Positions 39,380 to 53,636 are shown, numbered from the stretch's first letter. The stretch is 64,000 nt of DNA from Octopus vulgaris (GCA_951406725.2 OX597819.1:101680001-101744000), one strand, 5' to 3'. Notes: a model not told the origin generated them from the letters alone. Translations and numbers: made by a program.

Positions 39380-39467
39380 AATCCAAACGGGAAACAAAAA
39401 AACACAACAACAATGGAACAATTACAGTATTATTATTAATAGGCGCTCAGGAAATGGAAGCAGGGAG

Positions 39468-39502
39468 GTATGACGTTTCGAGCGGAGCTCTTCGTCGGAA
39501 AC
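39468..39502 (-). ncRNA. Minimal hammerhead motif in a probable Penelope-like remnant (~39376-39990)
   Basis: GUUU-CCGACGA-A-GAGC(UCC)GCUC-GAAAC-GUC-AUAC; 4-bp stem II, palindromic ACGU stem III, GUC triplet. Confidence 0.65.
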
Positions 39503-40057
39503 ATAAAGAAGGAAGAGAGAGGAAAGAAAGATCCCAGAGCGGGCAACAGGGATAGAGAAAAAAACGACTGGTGTTTACGAGTTACACATGGTGAAAGGCG
39601 GATGTTTACGATAACAAGAGCAAAGTGGGTTTTTAAAGGCAAAAGAGTGGAGACAAGGTTGGTAACAGCAGATGTGTGTGTATGTGTGAGTGTGTGCGTG
39701 TGTGTGTGTGTATGTGTGTGTGTGAGGCGAGATAAAAAAACAAAAAATATATGTGTGTTAGTGTGTGCGTCTGTGTGTAGGCGTGTGAGGTAGGGCGAGA
39801 CGGTGGTCAGCATAGCAGACAAAGGTCAGTAGTAAGAAAAAGAAGGAAGGAGGAAGGGAGGGAAGGGAAGGGGTGGGGGCGTATGTAGCGTGCCAGCGTG
39901 TGTTGATAGGTAGTGTGTGTGTGTGTCCAGTGTCGTGGTAGTATTAATGGCGAGTAGATTGAATGTGTGTAAGAGTAATGTATATATTTAAGCAATGTGT
40001 GTATATGTGTGCGCGTGTGTGTAACGAAAAAGGGGGGGGGGTTAAGGAAAAAGGACT

Positions 40058-40100
<43 letters not shown>

Positions 40101-40103
<3 letters not shown>

Positions 40104-40669
40104 AGTTGTCCGGAAAGTTCATGCCCATTTTTAAAGGAAAAAAAGAAAGGTCAATAAATACTTTCCATTACATTTTTAATCATTCAAATATGAACCATTT
40201 TGTTGCACAATGCGTCTCCATCTTTCCTTTGCCTTGAAAATACCCTCTTCCCAGAATTGAGGTGGTTTGATGGCAGACAATTCATCGAGGTATCTTTTTA
40301 CGTCATCCAAGGAATTGACATTTTTTACCATTAAGACTATTTTACAGAGACCTCAATAAGTGAAAATCCGAAGGAGCAATATCTGTTGAATATTGAGGGT
40401 GAAGTAACACATCCCAGCCGGGCTGCAGCAATTTTTGCCTGGTTATCAAAGCATCAAGTGCCGAAAAGGAACTTTCTTATCTTCCATTTTAAAGGGTTAC
40501 AGAATTAACACAGGTTATAGGAATATAAACCTTCTTCCACGAAAAGATAACTTAAACAGTGCTCTAAATGGAGGTGTAGTCAAATCCTATTTTATGGGCT
40601 CAACTATGTTCTAAAATAAGTCGAAAGGTAAGCTACTATAAATCGGCACGAACTTTCCGGACAACCCAA
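40101..40669 (-). mobile_element. Internally deleted mariner (569 bp) in (TA)n
   Basis: 30-bp TIRs TTGAGTTGTCCGGAAAGTTCATGCCCATTT / AAATCGGCACGAACTTTCCGGACAACCCAA; encodes MEDKKVPFRH joined to WDVLLHPQYSTDIAPSDFHL..RWRRIVQQNGSY. Confidence 0.92.
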
Positions 40670-40679
40670 TATATATATA

Positions 40680-40878
40680 CAAGGGTGGAGGAAAGTTCCA
40701 GTCACGAAAGGCCTGGTTGGAAGCCTAAGCTTCCGAGTTCTTTTACGAGACTGAAAAACTGAAGGACCGTTCCAAAACGTGTATGAATCTGAGAGGGGAA
40801 TAATTTAAATAAAATGATAACTAATTGATCCTCCTCTATTTCCTTTTACCCAAAGCCAAGAATTTTCAGCAGCTCTCG
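40680..40878. mobile_element. Mariner-derived MITE, copy 3
   Basis: Reverse orientation of the 7676 copy. Confidence 0.75.
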
Positions 40879-41349
40879 TGTGTGTGTGTCTGTGTGTGTG
40901 TGTGTGTGTGTGTATGTGTGTATGTGTGTGTGTGTCTTTGTGTGTGTGTGTGTAGGCTCTTGAGCTCACGTAAATCTATTAATAGTAAGTATATAAATAT
41001 CAAGTTAAAAACAAAGCATTTTAGATTGAAAAATTCAAAGGATGCCGGTGGGACTCATCACCTATATTCCTTGTAAACATGATGGGCGTTCTAACCATTG
41101 TACCAAACCAACCGTTCGAATATTTTATCCACTTTAGAAGCTTTATTCTTTCAAGTGAGAATTGTATGTTTTGGGCGTCATAAGAATCTTATGAACTTTC
41201 GACAAGAAGTATTTTGCATGTTCTCTAGAAAGTGTATGAAATTTATGACGTCAAGAATCTACACACACGCACGCACGCAAGCACACACACGCGCACACAC
41301 ATACACAAGGACGTACACACACAAACACACATAAACATGTATATATATA

Positions 41350-41700
41350 GTCGTGTGGTAAGAAACTCTTCACCACTGTAGCCAACTAACGACAACACAG
41401 ACAAACAAGGTTGGTAACTTAGCGGTTCAGCAAAAGGCACCGATAGAATACAACGACTAAATCCTGGGATCGGAATGTTCGAATAAAGGCGGTGTTTCAA
41501 CAAATGACTGAAAGAAGTAAAGGAGTCACAGAGTAAAAGAGTATTTACATACATATATATGACGGGCTTCCACACAGTTTCCCTCTATTACATTCATTCA
41601 GAAAATATTAGTCGGACCGATTCTGCAGAAGAAATTTGTACATGCTGCCGCGAAGCGCGACATGGAATCGAATCTACGAGTTTGTCAAGCGAGCTTCTTA
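41350..41700. mobile_element. Two partial SINE family A fragments in opposite orientation
   Basis: GTAACTTAGCGGTTCAGCAAAAG..CCGATAGAATA (+) then GACGGGCTTCCACACAGTTTCC (-). Confidence 0.6.
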
Positions 41701-42083
41701 TACATACACCTTGTGAAAGTTGAAGTATGTCATACTGATTACTTCGAGATATTTATTCCGGGTCTTTGCGTTCTGAGTTCGAATTCCCCTTATGCCACTC
41801 GGGTTTAATATCACCAGTTGCTAATTAGGGTTGTAATTATTCAGCCTAGGTCAAAGTTTGTCTCCTTCTCTCCCACTGCCAGTCTCGGTGACCCTGAAAA
41901 TGCATTTTCTCCTGAGTAAAAGCTATGAAACACTCACCTTCCTAAAAAAACAAACAAAAGAAAATGGCAACATTAGGTGTTTCTCAACCGGGGTCCATAT
42001 GACACTTCTTGTTAAAATATATGAAACTTAAATTGGTTATACTTCTACTGTACACAACAAATTTTAGCATTTTTTATACAATA

Positions 42084-42309
42084 GGCACAGGCATGGCTGT
42101 GTGGTAAGAAGCCTGCTTCCCAACCACATGGCTCCGGGTTCAGCCCCACTGCGTCGCACGTTGGACAGGTGCCTTCTTCTGTAGCTTACGACCGACCAAA
42201 ACCTTGTGAGTGGGTTTGGTAGACGCAACCTGAAAGAAACCCGTCATATTCTTTTATATGTTTCAGCCTTGAGGCTGCCGCCATGATGAGGCAATATATG
42301 TGTGTGTGT

Positions 42310-42356
<47 letters not shown>

Positions 42357-42542
42357 TTCGTGCGTATATATGTGTGTGTGTATTTGTATTTGCCCCCCCC
42401 CCCCCATGCAGTGTTCTTATTCCCATGAATTAGCGGTTCGGCAAAAGCGACCCATGGAATCTATTTCTTTGAATAAAACCCATTAAAGCGGTGTTTCAAC
42501 AGATCCGCAGTCAAATGACTGAAACATGTAAAAGAATAAAAG
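42084..42542 (+). mobile_element. SINE family A
   Basis: Head GGCACAGGCATGGCTGTGTGGTAAG, internal (TG)n, tail GAAACATGTAAAAGAATAAAAG. Confidence 0.85.
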
Positions 42543-42660
42543 CATAGAATAATTCCTCATAATATTCAATTTTAGAACATAATAGAATTTTTTTAACGTT
42601 GAATGGCTATGAGGGCCCACCTGAGTAAAAGGGAATTGAGGGGCCTATCAGCAAAAATGG

Positions 42661-43040
42661 GAACTTTTCTTTTTGGATACCAATTTATAATCTCTTCAAT
42701 TTTTGTTCGAATTGATTTCATATTCGGTGCCATGATGTAGTTTTATATGCTAATCAATGCCATTTAATTCGTTTTCTCTATAAAATCAATAAAGAGTTTT
42801 TAGCTTTCAACATTTGCAAATTTTGGGTAATTTTAGTCAATTGTAAGCTACAGACATATTCATGCTTTTTTCCACAGTAACAAGCCAAACACGAGAACTC
42901 ATTTGTCTGCGTGATAGCACGTGTTGACAGATATTCTACACGAAGGTATGTGCGTCGACGTTGTGTTCTGCTGCTTGTGTCCATCTGCTGTTTGTACTCT
43001 GGTCGAAACTTCCACAGCAGCAGCCAAACAGAATGGATTC
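42661..43040. mobile_element. ~380-bp non-autonomous DNA element with 8-9-bp target duplication
   Basis: CAAAAATGG at 42652-42660 and 43040-43048; degenerate TIRs GAACTTTTCTTTTTGGATAC vs GAATCCATTCTGTTTGGCTGC. Confidence 0.6.
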
Positions 43041-43571
43041 AAAAATGGTTGAGAAGCTATTCAAGGCGGAATAAGTTAAAGACTGGAATAAGTTATGGAT
43101 AAAAAATCCTATTAATACATTGATAAATCTGTCTGAATGAAACGTGTGTAATTTACTATAGATGCTCAGTGGCTACACGTCTAACTGTGTAAATGTATGT
43201 TTTATTGGTAGCATTTCTGAATAATTTGTAAGCATGCATTTGAATTTGGAAAGTGTATGGGTTTATCACTATGAGGAAGCAGTCAAGCGTAGAATGACGA
43301 AAGGGAGCGAAAATATTAGAGTAAACAAACCTCAACGTCGACCACACCTTTTAATAGCTTAAACGAACTCACGTACGCACACGCACACACACACACACAT
43401 ACACACACGATAAAATATATAAGCACACTTTGCAGTCAGCTACGTTGTTGCTCGGTCAGTGAATGAAGGCAAACATACAAACACATTTTAGTATATCCAC
43501 GCGTACATATATAAGTACCCTCATACACACATGTACACAATCACGCGCAAACACACAAAGACATATTGATA

Positions 43572-43809
43572 TTCTTTTATTCTTTTACTTGTTTCAGTCA
43601 TTTAACTGCGGCCATGCTGGAGTACCGCCTCTAGTCGAGCAAATCAACCCCAGGACTTATTCTTTGTAAGTTTAGTACTTATTATATCGGTCTGTTTTGC
43701 AGAACCGCTAGATTACATGGACGTGAATACACTGACATTGTTTGTCAAGCGATGGTAGAGGGACAAACGCAGACACACAAACATACATACACACACACAC
43801 ACACACACC

Positions 43810-43872
<63 letters not shown>

Positions 43873-44026
43873 GACGGGCTTCTTTAGGTTTCCGTCTATC
43901 AAATCCACTCACAAGGCTTTGGTCGGTCCGAGGCTATAGTAGAAGACACTTGCCCAAGGTGCCACGCAGTTGGACTGAAACCAGGACCATGTGGTTGGTA
44001 AGCAAGCTACTTACCACACAGCCACT
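43572..44026 (-). mobile_element. SINE family A, near full length
   Basis: Aligns end to end with 21112-21611. Confidence 0.9.
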
Positions 44027-44559
44027 GGGTAGAAAATACATTCTATTCGCTGGAGGATGCTATGATGTCAGCATTTTGATACACGGCGCGAATCGAAATG
44101 ATACAGGTGACACTTTTCTAATATTCAGGTGGTTTCCAGTCCTCCATGTCAGCTAAGATTTTCTCAGCGACTAATATCATCTTTATACTCTACAACGCCG
44201 TTGACTGTTTACAGCCTTATCTACGTGTTCCTGCAAATAGGAGACATAACAAATCGTCGAACTTAACCCGAAAAACCAGTAAGTATATGATTGTTTGAAA
44301 GCATATGTACGTATGAAGGTTGCTGTATGATCTAAATGTAAGATGGTAGAAAGAGAGAGTGGGGAGATTAAAGGGAGATAATCGTTTCTTGGATTCTGTT
44401 TTTGCTTTCTCATTTTGTGTTGAAAATACTTATCGGAGAGTGAAAAGTGTAGAAAGGATATATAGAAAAAAGTACATAACAATAAAATCTCCCATACAAT
44501 CTCCCATACAAATTTTTTTTTTTTTAAATCAAATAATATCAACTAGTTTATGAATGGGA

Positions 44560-45326
44560 GATAACAGTTTACTCAAAGTAACTGGCCCCAGCTTCAACTA
44601 CATTCCGAAGACGACTCAGGAACCTTGTGCATGCGTTCTTCACTGTGTCTCTGGGAAGTTCTTAGAATACCTCTTTGATCTTGGCCACCAGCTCGGCCTT
44701 GGTATTGCAAGCAGGGCAGATGGCGGCTTTCTCAACCGCACTCCATACATTGTAGTCCATTACAATCAGTGGGTTAGGGGATTGGAAATTGAGGCTGGTG
44801 AAGTCGTAGAAACTCTCTAGACAACGACTTTTGTCTCCGTTTGGAAGTATGGCAAGGAACCGAATTCTCCTGGTACACATGTCTTTCCACCATCAATCCT
44901 CTCTTATCTTGGTATCATCACCACAGACTCAAGCAGTTGAAAGAAGCCTAGGGCCCTGTTCATCAATCAGTTGTTGGATGAATTGCGACGTGCGAACACA
45001 GTCAGAACCCCTCTTGTGTCCCTACCTGCTGGCCACGGCTTCTTAGTCACCATTCGAGCTGTCCATGTCACGTCTTACAGCCTTTACCGAGTTTACAGTT
45101 GACTGAACAGCATTCATGATGTCGGCGTTTTGATACCCGGCGCGAATCTAAATGATACAGGTAACGATTTTTCAATATTCAGGTGGTTTCCAATCCTCCA
45201 TGTCAGCTAACGTTTTCTCAGCAACAAATTGCATCTTTATACTCTTCAATGCCGTTGACTGTTTATGCCCCTATCTGTTCTTGTCCATAGGAGAAATAGC
45301 AAATCGTCAAATTTAACTCGAACACT
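44560..45326 (-). mobile_element. Internally deleted Tc1/maT-like transposon remnant
   Basis: Minus strand MEDWKPPEY..IRAG..NADIM N-terminus and MDYNVWSAVEK..CNTKAELVAKIKEVF..RLRNVVEAGASYFE* C-terminus; 5' end duplicated at 44078-44330. Confidence 0.7.
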
Positions 45327-45614
45327 CATTGGGTATATGATTGTTTGAAAGCATATATGCGTATGCAGATTACTGTGCGACCATTATGTTTCTGCAAATT
45401 GTGTATAATTGTGCACGTGCAAGAGTATGTATGAATATATGCATGTGTGTATACATGCATACACGCACACACATTTCTAAAATACTTATATACATATATA
45501 TGAATCATTTTATATAGCAATACGTCTAGTAAATAAAAAAAATTCATCAACACATTATATACATACATACATACATACATATATACATACATACATACAT
45601 GCATACATACATAC

Positions 45615-45645
<31 letters not shown>

Positions 45646-45659
45646 CATTCATACATACA

Positions 45660-45691
<32 letters not shown>

Positions 45692-46525
45692 CACATACAT
45701 ACATTTATAAATGTATGCATACATACAGAAACATCCCACAACGTACATATGGAAATATATGTATTATTTTACTTAGCTATATAGCAAAATAAACATAAAT
45801 TTATTCACACACACGCATACACACAAGCACACGGACACATACAAACACGTTTGATTGTACGTATGTATGTATGTATGAATGTATATATGTATGTTTGTAT
45901 GTATCTGTGCATATATGTCTAAATATATATATGAGTAAATATTGTTCTATATATCCAGCCCCACACAGCGGTGATTCTCTTAAATTGTTGACAAAGCGAG
46001 TCTTTGTCCATTTTTAAATAGAGAAAAAATACTTTTATAGAAACTTGCTATTGAAAGACGTCGTTCGCCTGTGAATAACCCCTAAATATTTGAATGAAAC
46101 CCAAACTGAGGGCCAGTGGCAAAACAAAGAGGTGGGGCTGGGAAGAGAGGTTACAACTAATGCTAAGTCCGTAAGATAAATATTTCTTGGAAATATCGTT
46201 TCTTCATTGATTCATATGTGGTCCACGAGTGTGGGCGTGAATAGATTGTAGGTTGGCAAGTTTCAGGTGTGTATGTATGTATGTATGTATGTATGTATGT
46301 ATGTATGTATGTATGTATGTATGTATGTATGTACGAATGGATGGATGGATGGATGTTTTGTATGTATATTATTATTCAGTTTTATTTCATGATTTCTTGC
46401 CAATGGAGGAGCCATTTTCTTAAAATAGAACCAGGTCAGCAGTGGAATTTCAACAACACCAAAAGAGTAATTTTGTATGTATGTATATGTATGTACTTAT
46501 GTATATATACATGTATGTAGGTATA

Positions 46526-46756
46526 CTCTTTTACTCTGTTACTTGTTTCAGTCATTTGACTGTGGCCATGCTGGAGCACCTCCTTCAGTCGAGCAAACCA
46601 ACCCCAGGACTTATTCTTTTTAAGCCTAGTACTTATTCTATTGCTCTCTTTTGCCGAAACGCTAAGTAACGGGGACGTAAAGACACCAGCATCGGTTGTC
46701 AAGCGATGTTGAGGGACAAACACAGACACACAAACATACGCGCACACACACACACA

Positions 46757-46830
<74 letters not shown>

Positions 46831-46994
46831 CGACGAATTTCTTTCGGTTTCCGTCTACTAAATCCACTCACTAGGCTTTGGTCTGCCCGAGGCTATTATA
46901 GAAGACACTTGCCCAAGGAGCCATGCTGTGGGACTGAACCCGGAACCATGTGGTTCGTAAGCAAGCTACTTACCACACAACCACTCCTACGCCT
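46526..46994 (-). mobile_element. SINE family A, full length
   Basis: Aligns end to end with the 21112 and 43572 copies. Confidence 0.92.
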
Positions 46995-47020
46995 ATATAT
47001 GTATGTATGTATGTGTGAGT

Positions 47021-47051
<31 letters not shown>

Positions 47052-47434
47052 CAGATTTCCATGTTTTGTTTTATGTATGTATTCTCATGCTCATTAAATG
47101 ATAAACGTCAGATTTTTACAATTTTTTACAATTTTTACAACGGCCCATATGACATCAGGAGTGTATTCAAGAGTAATACAACTCTTCGCAAATATCTCCT
47201 TCGAGTTAAACCACCACTATAAGAGAATATGTTCAAAGACATATTATATATATATATATATATAATTTAGAACAGAAAAACACAACAAACGGAAACCTTT
47301 AAAACAACACGAGGTGAAAAGGACGACAGCATGACGACGGCAAATAGTACAAAACAAGATACACGGACCATTCACGGCCAATTGCCTCTTCTGTCAGAGT
47401 CCGGGATCTCAACGTAGTTTCGCCCACTTATCTC

Positions 47435-47503
<69 letters not shown>

Positions 47504-48033
47504 CAATGAGTTAGAGGTTAAACAACCATCTAAGGGATAATAAATATCCAATATACAACCGGATGTATACCTACGTATTTATATCCAACTGCTTACTATT
47601 GCAGGGCAGTATCTCAATTGAATACTCGGTATGAGTGGGTGTAGAACAGAAATTTACCCAGGATTCATAAGACAACTAAGAAATCGGAGAGGATAATCAA
47701 TCGACAACTTTCAGCCTCTAATTATTCATTTAGATCTATTTATTAATTGATTACAATCATATGTATAAGTAATGAGAATAAGGGGTCAAAGATAGGTGTG
47801 TGTGTGTGTGTGTGTGTGTACTTTCTCGCGTTTAATCATTCACCCCTGCAACACAAAAATACTCTGTCCCAGTTTTAACACAATTATCATATGGTAACTA
47901 ACTTTTAAGCCTTTCATCCTATCTTTTCGTAGTTGATTATGGATGTATACGTGTATACGTAAACATGCATACATACATATATATTTGTATATATATATAT
48001 ATATATATTTATGTGTGTGCGTGTGTGTGTGTG

Positions 48034-48099
<66 letters not shown>

Positions 48100-49062
48100 T
48101 ACATATATATACATAAATTATACATGCATATATATATATATATATATATATGACCAACACAGCACTGTGTAACTAGGTTTGCTGTACTTAATGTACAGTG
48201 AATGTGAATCATATTCTATATTCACATTAAGCTCCTGCCTGACACACAAATACACACATACACGCATGCATTTACACACATACGCTCATTTTCTCTCTGT
48301 CTTTCTTTCTTTCTTTAACCCTTCTACTGTACTCTTCCTATCACCCTCTTTGAATATCTTTCTTCATCATCATGATCATTCTCATCTAAGTTCTCCCTAG
48401 CTTCTTTGGGTTTTTTTCTTTCTTTCCTTATTTTTGCTCTTCTCCCTTAAAACCATTCATCACGGACCTGTCACAGAAAGCTATAGAAGTACTAATGACA
48501 AACTTAAAAGTGCACCAAAGCTTATAAATACACTACCACACACACACACATACACACATACACACACAAAGACACATTCATATACGCAATGACATATTAA
48601 CAAGGTATAGAAAAATATGAGGACAGTAACACAAACGCACATACACTCATAACGTCAACAAGTCTCTTTCTATTTTATTCTTCCCACTCAACAATCATGA
48701 ACTTTCTGTTAGTATCTGGTTTATTTGGACCCTGCATCAACCTCTAGATGACTTAATAAAATAGCGCATCACGTCGTTTTGCTTCCTTGTTTAACTGCCA
48801 TCAGGTTGTATCATATTACGAAAGACATTGTCTAATATGTATCTAACCAAATGGTATCTAAGAAAGCTCTACGTAGACATCTAGATTTCTATTAAAGTTA
48901 CATGCTCCTGAGACATTTCTTCTGGCTTCATCAAGAAAGGATGGGCAACCCTCTTGAAATTTTTTTAAGGTCACAAACCTTTTGTTAAGTCTCCTTTTTC
49001 TTTCTTTTTTTTTTTTGCAAGACATCCCATAAAATTTCTATAATACTTTTCAGTAGAGATAA

Positions 49063-49195
49063 ATATTCATTTTTACAAGGCAAGTTAGGGTAGTGATTTC
49101 GAAGTTTTGGCTTGTTTGACATCCTCGATCTAAAGAAATTTAGTTAGCCGAAACTTCGAAGGCTCTGTCAAACTTACCCTTGTAAAGATAAATAT
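49063..49195. mobile_element. Small MITE-like hairpin (~50-bp imperfect inverted repeats)
   Basis: ATATTCATTTTTACAAGGCAAGTT..TTCGAAGTTTTGGCT vs AGCCGAAACTTCGAA..AACTTACCCTTGTAAAGATAAATAT. Confidence 0.6.
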
Positions 49196-49232
49196 ATACA
49201 TATATATATATATACACATACGCTCATACATA

Positions 49233-49402
49233 CGAGGGGTGCTGAAAAGTTCCTAGCTTTAAGGTCATCGCTTAGAAAAACTGAAGGATCGCTGCAATAA
49301 GTGTGTCAATCTGAGAGGGGAATTTATTGAGTAAAATCAGAATTAACTGATCCTCTTGTTTTTTCTTTTACTTAAAGCTAGGGAATTTTCAGCTCCCTCT
49401 CG
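49233..49402. mobile_element. Mariner-derived MITE, copy 4, TA-flanked
   Basis: TA|CGAGGGGTGCTGAAAAGTTCCTAGCTTT ... AAAGCTAGGGAATTTTCAGCTCCCTCTCG|TA; encodes DRCNKCVNLRGEFIE*. Confidence 0.85.
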
Positions 49403-50456
49403 TATGTTGATATATATATGCATAGATATACGTAACTAAACACATACATATATATATTGCTTGCATACATACTTACGTACATATACACATATATACATAT
49501 GCTGTAGAACCTGTTATTCCACTGGAACGCATACACTGTAGCTGTAGAGACTTATAAACTTAACTTTTATTCGACTTGAAGAATGTCAAGCTAACAGCTG
49601 AAAATGGTGCCTATATTCACGTACATTTGCTTATTTTCCATTTTTGCTCCTAAACTCTATATGCGTGTAACGAATCCAGCTCAACATTGCAAGAGACAGA
49701 GGGAGGAAGGGGCAAGAGAGAAAGAGAAAGAGAAAGAGAAATGTGAAAGGGGGAGAAAATGGAAAGAAAGAGAGAAAAAGAAAACAAGAGAGAGAGAAAG
49801 AGGGAGATGAAGAAAAACTGGTGAGCTGCCAAAATTTCAACAACTGGCTCACTTAGCTGCGAAAATTTAAACAATTGACTCCTTCAGATAACAAGAAAAG
49901 AAAGAAAGAATGCTAACCACAAATTCTCTGTAAAAGATGATTCTGCATTCTACAATTAAATGTCACATGATTTGAAAAGTCACTTTATTATAATGCTAAA
50001 ATAAAAGTAAAAACCGAGATCCTAGAAATTCCAGATGGTGTGCTTTTTAGAAAAATAAAAAGGATAAAAACGAACAATCAATACAAGTTTTAGAAGAGTG
50101 AAAAAAATTATTTATTATTTGCAGTGAAACTGTTTCCTTTTGTGTCAGAACGATGAAGTTAGGGCTAAACTAAAACCGGTAGAGAGTAGTTGGGAAAGGA
50201 CGGATCGGGAAAGAGGTACGTGTCGGACAAAAGAGAATGGCAAAAATTATTGGTTTCAAATTTTGGCACGATGCCAGAAATTTTGTAGGCGGGGCTAAGT
50301 CATATACTTATATATATATGTATATATATATATATATTTATATATAAACACACATCAGAAGTGTATATAATCGAACAATCATTTTAAATACTGTTAGTAA
50401 CAGCAAACTTCACAGCTAGCTAGCTATACATACATACATGCGTACATGCATACAGT

Positions 50457-50534
<78 letters not shown>

Positions 50535-50589
50535 TATATATATACGTATATACATATACATATATATAAATGCATGCATATATATGCAT

Positions 50590-50715
50590 ATAAAGGCACA
50601 ATTCCAGCAATTTTGGAGGAGGGACTAAGTCAATTAAATTGTCCTCAGTGCTCGACTGGTACCTATTTTATTGACGTCGAAAGGATGGGAGGCAAAATGA
50701 ACCCCACCAGCGGCA
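50590..50715 (-). mobile_element. Degenerate SINE family D fragment
   Basis: GACTGGTACCTATTTTATTGACGTCGAAAGGATG. Confidence 0.55.
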
Positions 50716-51131
50716 GAAGAGTGGTAAAAATATTGGGAAAAGAATCATATAGGTACAGTTCTTATACACCAACAAAGAGTGAGTGAGTTAAGTTGGAAGA
50801 TTCAGGTATGGTGTAGAGGAGCAAACATGAAGGCAGACAGGGGAAGGTAGATAGGGATAAAGCATCAAGCAACTAAATATAAAGATAGGGATATATTTAC
50901 ACAGCCGTCCCCAACTGTTTTTTCTTTCTCCCAGGCATCGGCTCCATGGATCATAATTTCTCGGGAGATCATGTGCATAACAAAACACAATAGAGTGTAT
51001 AATACATAGTTCAGTTATTACATATACAACACATACACACACACGAAAACACACACACGTATTGTTATACTTCGGAATGGTCATATTTTGCCAATTAAAC
51101 ACACGCACGATATACTTGGTTTTCATTTCAG

Positions 51132-51213
<82 letters not shown>

Positions 51214-51214
51214 T

Positions 51215-51687
51215 GAGAGAGCAATGCATGCCATCAAAGTGACACTGGTGTAAAATATACGAAGCCCAGTATACCCATCATGACTATCTATCTGATGAGG
51301 GTACACTAGTCACATGCATCACAACCATATATGCACGACATGGTGATCTCATATCAAGATAAACAGCACATGACCTTGCAGGTGGGGCTCAGTTAGAATT
51401 TTCTTCTGGTCGAGTAGCCCATCCTGCTTAAAAGGTCCCTGAATAAGGATTGTTTTAGGATGTTGAACGAAACACCCATCTTTCCAAAGGTGAATTATCC
51501 AATCACCAAAGAATCCCTCTCAACACATAGCTATGATGCTCCCCCACTACTTCTGCTTGTGATCAGAGATGCACATATCGTCAGCCACTAAGGGACATGC
51601 TCAACAGGTTATGGTCAAACAACTGACAAGCAAATCTGTAGTATTAAGCAGAATATTTGCTGTAGCCCATCTTGTATACCAAGACAA
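51215..51687 (-). mobile_element. (TAA)n-embedded non-coding element, copy 1 (truncated, most diverged)
   Basis: Homologous to 51887 and 52493; lacks ~90 nt at the right-hand end. Confidence 0.85.
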
Positions 51688-51705
51688 TGGTATTAAGCTG
51701 AATAG

Positions 51706-51778
<73 letters not shown>

Positions 51779-51803
51779 CATCATCATCATCATTATTATT
51801 ATT

Positions 51804-51835
<32 letters not shown>

Positions 51836-51848
51836 TATTATTTTTTTA

Positions 51849-51886
<38 letters not shown>

Positions 51887-52450
51887 GAGTGAGAGAGCAG
51901 TTCATGCCATCAAAGTGACACTGGGGTAAAATATACGAAGCCCAATATACCCATCATGACTACCCGTCTGATAAGGGTACACCAGGCACATGCATCACAA
52001 CCAAATGTGCGCGACATAGTGATCTCATATCAAGATAAACAGCACATGACCTTGCAGGTGGGGCCCAGTTAGAATTTTCTTCAGGTTGAGTAGCCCATCC
52101 CGCTCAAAAGGTCCCTGAATAAGGGCTGTTTAAAAAGGGATGTTGAAAAAACCACCCATGTTTCCAGAGGTGAATTATTCAAACCCCAAAGAATCCCTCT
52201 CAACACATGGCTATGATGCTCCCCCACTACTTCTGCTCGTGATCAGAGATGCACATATCGTCAGCCACTAAGGGACATGCTCAACTGGTTGAGGTCAAAC
52301 AACTGACAAGCAAATCTGTGGTATTGAGCAGAATATTTGCTGTAGCCCATCTTTTATACCAAGACAAAAAAAAATGTACATGATAACACTTCCAATAAGT
52401 TAAGATCAGAAGCCATGAGAGCCACTGCCTGGTACTGCATCAGGGCATTT
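51887..52450 (-). mobile_element. (TAA)n-embedded non-coding element, copy 2
   Basis: GAGTGAGAGAGCAG...CATCAGGGCATTT flanked on both sides by (ATT)n. Confidence 0.88.
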
Positions 52451-52492
52451 ATTACTATTATTATTGTTATTATTGTTATTATTATTATTATT

Positions 52493-53161
<669 letters not shown>

Positions 53162-53325
53162 CTTACTTGCTTTGACAAAATAAATAATGACGAAGCTGAA
53201 GTGAAGACCAAACATGTAGTGCATGTGTTTAGTTGGGAAAATATGGCCATCCTCAGTATAGCAATGTTTCTTTCAAAACAAGATTTCACATCATGAGTTT
53301 TGCAAAACAAATATATAAACATTTC

Positions 53326-53503
53326 CGAAGGGGTGCTAAAAAGTTCCTCGCTTTAAGGGTATCGCGAAAGGCCTGGTTGGAGAACTACCCTTCCGAGGTC
53401 TTTTACTGGACGAGAGGAAGATATGATATGTTGAATAAAATCAAATTTAACTGATCCTTTTACATTTTCTTTTATCCAAAGCCAAGAACTCTTCAGTATC
53501 TCG
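53326..53503. mobile_element. Mariner-derived MITE, copy 5
   Basis: CGAAGGGGTGCTAAAAAGTTCCTCGCTTT ... AAAGCCAAGAACTCTTCAGTATCTCG. Confidence 0.78.
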
Positions 53504-53514
53504 TCGGGTTTATG

Positions 53515-53562
<48 letters not shown>

Positions 53563-53636
53563 AAGACACACACACATATATATAGATATGTATGTATATA
53601 TATATATATATATACACACACACATATATATATATA

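Larger units (their letters stand above)
41974..43060. mobile_element. hAT-like MITE split by two later insertions
   Basis: Ends TAGGTGTTTCTCAACCGGGGTCC and AAAATGGTTGAGAAGCTA resemble CAGTGGTTCTCAACC-type hAT TIRs. Confidence 0.55.
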
